Below are positions 59,908-64,000 of a DNA stretch of 64,000 nt, piece after piece. The notes beneath the pieces were generated by a model. That model was not told the origin of the DNA. It worked only from the letters and a program-made list of their open reading frames with translations, and did not search any database. This DNA is from Gemmatimonadales bacterium. GTDB lineage: Bacteria > Gemmatimonadota > Gemmatimonadetes > Gemmatimonadales > GWC2-71-9. The position numbers were made by a program, and so were the translations under genes. Within the stretch, counting starts at the first letter, position 1. Each line of letters begins with the position of its first letter. Location of the stretch: assembly GCA_041577295.1 (NCBI GenBank), contig JBFGJG010000007.1, positions 54,923 to 118,922 on the forward strand, written 5' to 3'.

Positions 59908-60822
59908 CTATAGACGTAGCTCGCCCTTGATAACAGTGACGGCGCGTCCGCCCACACGCACCTCGGTGATCTCTCCCCCGTTGCCGACGGAGATCCCTAC
60001 GTGAATGTGACTTGGCCGGCCGATCTCGAGACCCTGCTCGATGTGAATGTTGGCCACGCCGTCGTGTGGTCGCATGATCCCGTGCCATACCAAGTAGGAT
60101 CCGAGTGCACCCGCGGCGCTTCCGGTCGCTGGATCTTCGGGCACACCGAGGCCCGGGGCAAACATGCGGCAATGCACGTTCGCCTTGGGGTGCTCGGCCT
60201 CGAGGGCGTAACACATCGCGCAGTCGGTGCCCACTTCGCGGAGCAAGCGGGCCAACCCGGCGCCAGCGCCGCCGCTGGGAAGCGATTTCAAGGCCTCGAG
60301 AGAGCGTATCGGTACCATCAGCTGTGGTAGGCCGGTCGAGACCACCTGGGGCGCCGGCTCACTCACGAGACCGGAGTTGCCACCGAGAGCCGCAGACAAT
60401 TCGCCTACGTCGAGGTCGGTTTCCTCGAAGGCCGGGAGCGGTTGCACCATCACGACCGCGGTCGGTTTTCCGTCCTGCATGTGGATATCGACCGGTAACA
60501 CCCCGCTTCCCGTTTCCTGCATGACGCGGCACACGCCGTCGCGTGGCACATCGACGAGTCCGAGTTCGGCGAGGGTCCACCACGTACCGATGGTCGGATG
60601 TCCTGCCAATGGAATTTCCGCGGTGGGCGTGAAGTATCGAATCCGCTTGGTCGCACGCGTGGAGGGGAGAACGTACGTGGTCTCTGACAGGTTCATCTCG
60701 CGCGCGATCGCTTGCATTTGCTTTGCCGTGAGCTTGCCGGGCTCCGGGAACACGGCCAACGGATTCCCCGTCAACGGCTTCTCACAAAACACATCGAGTT
60801 GATAAAACGTGTACGTGCTCAT
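59908..60822 (-). CDS. PhzF-family isomerase
   Basis: DVF..GNPLAV, EMNLSET, AGHPT and EDPATGSA. Confidence 0.92.
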   Translation of the reverse strand: MSTYTFYQLDVFCEKPLTGNPLAVFPEPGKLTAKQMQAIAREMNLSETTYVLPSTRATKRIRYFTPTAEIPLAGHPTIGTWWTLAELGLVDVPRDGVCRVMQETGSGVLPVDIHMQDGKPTAVVMVQPLPAFEETDLDVGELSAALGGNSGLVSEPAPQVVSTGLPQLMVPIRSLEALKSLPSGGAGAGLARLLREVGTDCAMCYALEAEHPKANVHCRMFAPGLGVPEDPATGSAAGALGSYLVWHGIMRPHDGVANIHIEQGLEIGRPSHIHVGISVGNGGEITEVRVGGRAVTVIKGELRL

Positions 60823-60824
60823 TG

Positions 60825-61373
60825 CTACCAGATCTTATCCGGTACTCTTGCTCGGTGGTTGGCGAGCCGCGCCAATGCGAACAACAAGTCCGAAAGTCGG
60901 TTGAGGTATTGGAGAATCACGGGTGGCACTGGTGCTTCGTGATGAAGGTGCACGACGCCGCGTTCGGCTCGGCGGCACGCGGTACGCGCAATGTGGAGCA
61001 GCGAAGCCTTGGTGGTTCCGCCGGGTAATACAAACGCTTTGAGTGGCTCCAACTCTCGTTCGATGCGATCGATCGCCCGCTCCAGCTCGCCAATTCGCTC
61101 GGGCGCAATGGCCGCCTTCTCGAGCGCCTTGGCCACCTTCTCAGGGTTGGGGCTCGCGAGTTGTCCGCCAATGGCGAAGAGGTCTCGCTGGATCGATTCG
61201 AGCAACGCCGTTTCGAAGTCGGTTGGCTCGACCGCAACCGCGAGTCCCAGTGATGAATTCAACTCGTCCACTTCACCATACGCAATGACTCGCCGGTGAT
61301 CTTTGGAGACTCGCCCGCCGCCAAACAGGGCAGTTTCCCCAGTGTCGCCAGTTCGTGTGTAGATCTTGGTCAT
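60825..61373 (-). CDS. pduO: ATP:cob(I)alamin adenosyltransferase (PduO type)
   Basis: KIYTRTGDTGET, YGEVDELNS, FVLPGG, RRAER and YLNRLSD. Confidence 0.93.
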   Translation of the reverse strand: MTKIYTRTGDTGETALFGGGRVSKDHRRVIAYGEVDELNSSLGLAVAVEPTDFETALLESIQRDLFAIGGQLASPNPEKVAKALEKAAIAPERIGELERAIDRIERELEPLKAFVLPGGTTKASLLHIARTACRRAERGVVHLHHEAPVPPVILQYLNRLSDLLFALARLANHRARVPDKIW

Positions 61374-61425
61374 TGGTGGTGAAGCTAGAGGTGGGGTTAG
61401 ACGGCGGCAAGGAGAATAAGGCAGT

Positions 61426-63666
61426 TCACTCAATCAGAATCCGCTGCTCCGCTGACACGAAGAGGACGTCATTCAACTCTGGGTGCCGAGTGAGTAGCTC
61501 GGGTCCTTTCTCACGGATGCGGCTCTCGGTGAACCCGAAGATCACGAGATCGGCCTCGACCGAGCGGCTGAGGACCAGGCGATCGAAGTCCACGCGATCG
61601 TCGGTGGGGATGATCCGCAGGTTTTTCTCGCTGATGGGAAGGCGACCCGAGGTGATCATGCCATGGAGTTGATCGCGCTGCTGTTGGACCTGATCGTGGG
61701 GGAAGGCGGCGAAGATCCGAATCTCGGCATCGTGCCAATCGGGGTGACCCAGCAGGATGTACGACAGCAAGATCATCAGGCTGGCGTTCTTATAGTCGTG
61801 CCACGTGAGCCAGATGTGGAGATTGCGCCGCTGGCCGAAGAAGTGCTCTCCGTGCCGGAGCACGAGGCTGTTCATGCGTGTGGCGCTTGCCATGAGACAC
61901 CCGTCGACCGCTTCCTGTGCAATTTCTGGTGGGTCGTGATCGGAGAACTCGAACAGGATCGTGTTGTTTTCCATGCCGGAGACCCCCGGGAGCTGCAGCG
62001 CCTGCGCGAGCGCGGATCGCATCGATGGCGAGATCATCGTGTCGACGTAGATGGCGCTGCGACGCGCCTGGGTCATGTCGATGAGGCGATTCAGGTACTT
62101 GCGGCTCTCGCGATAGGTCTCGGTGTCCAAATGCCCGCGAATAAAGTGGAGATACATCCCAAAGCCGTAACGGTGTGAGAGCCAGCTGAAGAACTGAATC
62201 GGTGCAGACCTGGTGAACGTACGGCCATTGACCATGATGACGCTGGGCCGCCACTCATCGCTGCGGGCGGTTGCGGTGGTGGCTTGCAGCTTGATCTGTG
62301 AATACCGTGTGGCCTGCGTCATGACGCCCTGGAAGATGGCAGCCAGGTCGTCGGACCCACGGGTGGCGCGGATCACGCGGTAGATCGCGATCATAATGAG
62401 AATTGCCACGATCGCGATGACGGGATCCATCTGGAACATGAGCATCACGCTCATGACTGCGCCCAACGCACTCAGGTACCACTTGGAGCGAAAGCTCGGC
62501 CGATAGCTGGGGCGCGCGGCAAAGTGCTCGAACGCGCTGATGGCGCAAAGCGCGCCGTACGTGACCATGAAGAACATCGAGATGATGCGCGCTACGATGT
62601 CCACGTTGCCGGCTGCGACCGTGACGATCGCGATGGCGGATGTGACCAGCGTCGCGTTGCGCGGCTCGTTTGCCTCCCCCATCCCCGCCGCGAGAAACCG
62701 GTTCACCTTGTCCGCGGGAGCGAGTCCGTCACCGCCGAGCGCTTGCAGCGTTCGGGGTGCGACAAGGATCGACCCGATGGCGCTCGAGATGGTGGCGCAG
62801 GCGAGGCCGATGGGGATGATCGGTCCCCAAACCGCGATCTGCGACATGACCAACTGATCTTCGGCGAGAAGTTCAGGCGTAGCCGAGGCCGCGAGCTTGT
62901 AGGCAATCCACACGTACACGACCATGCCCGTGAGCGTCGCAGACAGAACGCCGAGGGGAATCGACCGACGCGGGTTGGCCAGATCGCCAGAGAGCCCGAC
63001 TCCAGCCGTCATCCCGGTAAATGCAGGGAAGACGATGGCGAAGACCAAGATGAATGGGTCGGGATCGCCCACACGGTCGAAGACGGTTCCTTCGGCGAGT
63101 TCCAGACCGTCGGGAGCCGATCCCACCGAAAAGAGCACGAGCGACACCACCAGGATCGCAAACACCGCCCACAAGGCGCGCACACCGAGATTGGCTCCAC
63201 GCGTGAGAACCAGTGCGGCCAGGCCGACGGTGGCGGGAAGCGACACGATGCGCGGATCGAAGGGGAAACCCATGAGCGCCTGAAACCGTGGCGCGAGCGG
63301 CTGAAAGGCCTCGGCGAACGCTATCATGTAGAACGCCACGGAAATCGCCTGCGACAGGTAGAGCGAGATCCCAATCGCGCCACCGATGCTGGTCCCGAAG
63401 GAGCGCGAAATGATGAAGTACTCCCCGCCGCCTTCGACCCGCCGGTTCGTAGCGATCTCGGCGATCGCCAGGGCGGTCGGCACCGTCACCAGGTGGCCTA
63501 GCACCACGATGAGGAGCGTGCCCAGGAACCCCACGTGCGCCACGGAGTACCCGAAGCGCAGAAACATGATGGCCCCGAGAATGGTGCTGATGGACGCCAG
63601 GAAGACCGGTGCCGTGCCGAAGCCGTGCCCGGTCGATTCCTGTGGGGCCTTGATTGGGCTGGTCAT
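61426..63666 (-). CDS. APC-superfamily permease, SLC12 cation-chloride cotransporter-like
   Basis: TILGAIMFLR, GGGEYFIISRSFG and FPAFTGMTAG..LSGDL; soluble C-terminal domain 'WRP'. Confidence 0.85.
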   Translation of the reverse strand: MTSPIKAPQESTGHGFGTAPVFLASISTILGAIMFLRFGYSVAHVGFLGTLLIVVLGHLVTVPTALAIAEIATNRRVEGGGEYFIISRSFGTSIGGAIGISLYLSQAISVAFYMIAFAEAFQPLAPRFQALMGFPFDPRIVSLPATVGLAALVLTRGANLGVRALWAVFAILVVSLVLFSVGSAPDGLELAEGTVFDRVGDPDPFILVFAIVFPAFTGMTAGVGLSGDLANPRRSIPLGVLSATLTGMVVYVWIAYKLAASATPELLAEDQLVMSQIAVWGPIIPIGLACATISSAIGSILVAPRTLQALGGDGLAPADKVNRFLAAGMGEANEPRNATLVTSAIAIVTVAAGNVDIVARIISMFFMVTYGALCAISAFEHFAARPSYRPSFRSKWYLSALGAVMSVMLMFQMDPVIAIVAILIMIAIYRVIRATRGSDDLAAIFQGVMTQATRYSQIKLQATTATARSDEWRPSVIMVNGRTFTRSAPIQFFSWLSHRYGFGMYLHFIRGHLDTETYRESRKYLNRLIDMTQARRSAIYVDTMISPSMRSALAQALQLPGVSGMENNTILFEFSDHDPPEIAQEAVDGCLMASATRMNSLVLRHGEHFFGQRRNLHIWLTWHDYKNASLMILLSYILLGHPDWHDAEIRIFAAFPHDQVQQQRDQLHGMITSGRLPISEKNLRIIPTDDRVDFDRLVLSRSVEADLVIFGFTESRIREKGPELLTRHPELNDVLFVSAEQRILIE

Positions 63667-63759
63667 GATGCGTTAGGCTGACGCGCTCTGTCGCTCTGTT
63701 CAGAGGGGAACCAAGATACGGCCCGATCAACGGCCGGTCTACAGATGAAGGAGGCGATT

Positions 63760-64000
63760 ATGAATCGGTGGTGGAGCGTGGGGGTGCTGGTGTGTTGTGC
63801 GGTCCCTGTGTCGGCACAGCAATCACCTGTTGACGTCGCGAATCGGTTCCACGAATTGCAGGCGGCCGGTGACAGCTTGGGGGCGTTGGCCCTCATGGCT
63901 TCGGATGTCGTGATCTTCGAAAGCGGTGGTGTCGAGGCGTCGCGGGAGGAGTACCGCTCGCACCATTTGGGTGTCGACGTGCAGTTCGCATCATCTGTGG
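63760..64000 (+). CDS. NTF2/SnoaL-like secreted protein (3' truncated by window edge)
   Basis: AAGGAGG RBS; signal peptide; 'DVVIFESGGVE.SREEYRSHHL..D'. Confidence 0.7.
   Translation, partial: MNRWWSVGVLVCCAVPVSAQQSPVDVANRFHELQAAGDSLGALALMASDVVIFESGGVEASREEYRSHHLGVDVQFASSV

Noticed and set aside
59897..60214. N-terminal extension of AroB in the ORF track (likewise extensions of EEP, VWA, GlcE, FdnI, Lhr)
   Set aside because: They overlap neighbouring genes; family homology starts at the downstream starts used above.
58799..60822. Phenazine biosynthesis cluster (phzF next to aroB)
   Set aside because: No phzA/B, D, E or G; stand-alone PhzF-family genes are common.
1..64000. Genome-wide UGA=Trp/Gly reassignment
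   Set aside because: Many genes end in TGA at the expected family C-terminus, often with ATGA overlaps (metH, fdnG, glcD), and TGG is used throughout.

Overview
This GC-rich bacterial chromosomal window contains mostly housekeeping and metabolic genes. Gene content suggests Gemmatimonadota, which is an inference. The main blocks are: (1) a methionine/folate cluster (metH and yitJ behind a clear SAM-II riboswitch, plus a convergent, sequence-divergent MTHFR-fold gene); (2) yggT/yggU, an E2-E1 fused 2-oxoglutarate dehydrogenase, DinB, a crotonase, an aminotransferase and a csp gene; (3) an Lhr helicase interrupted by one in-frame TGA at a usually Trp position; (4) a VWA gene and a Mg-chelatase-like AAA+ gene separated by an MFS and a CMK-like gene; (5) an ~11 kb formate dehydrogenase locus encoding TWO selenocysteine enzymes, a cytoplasmic NuoEF-linked FdhF and a Tat-exported FdnGHI, each split by the ORF track at a UGA followed by a SECIS hairpin; (6) peptidases, Nramp, ygfZ, glcD-(HEPN-like)-glcE-glcF, a Lon-N domain protein, a sigma-70 factor, aroB, phzF, pduO and an SLC12-like permease. 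A dispersed family of degenerate 7-, 8- and 9-nt tandem repeats is superimposed on these genes. The repeats often form inverted pairs at gene junctions, supply stop codons and also sit in frame inside CDSs. No rRNA, tRNA, CRISPR array, transposase or integrase was recognised. All calls come from reading the sequence; no searches were run.
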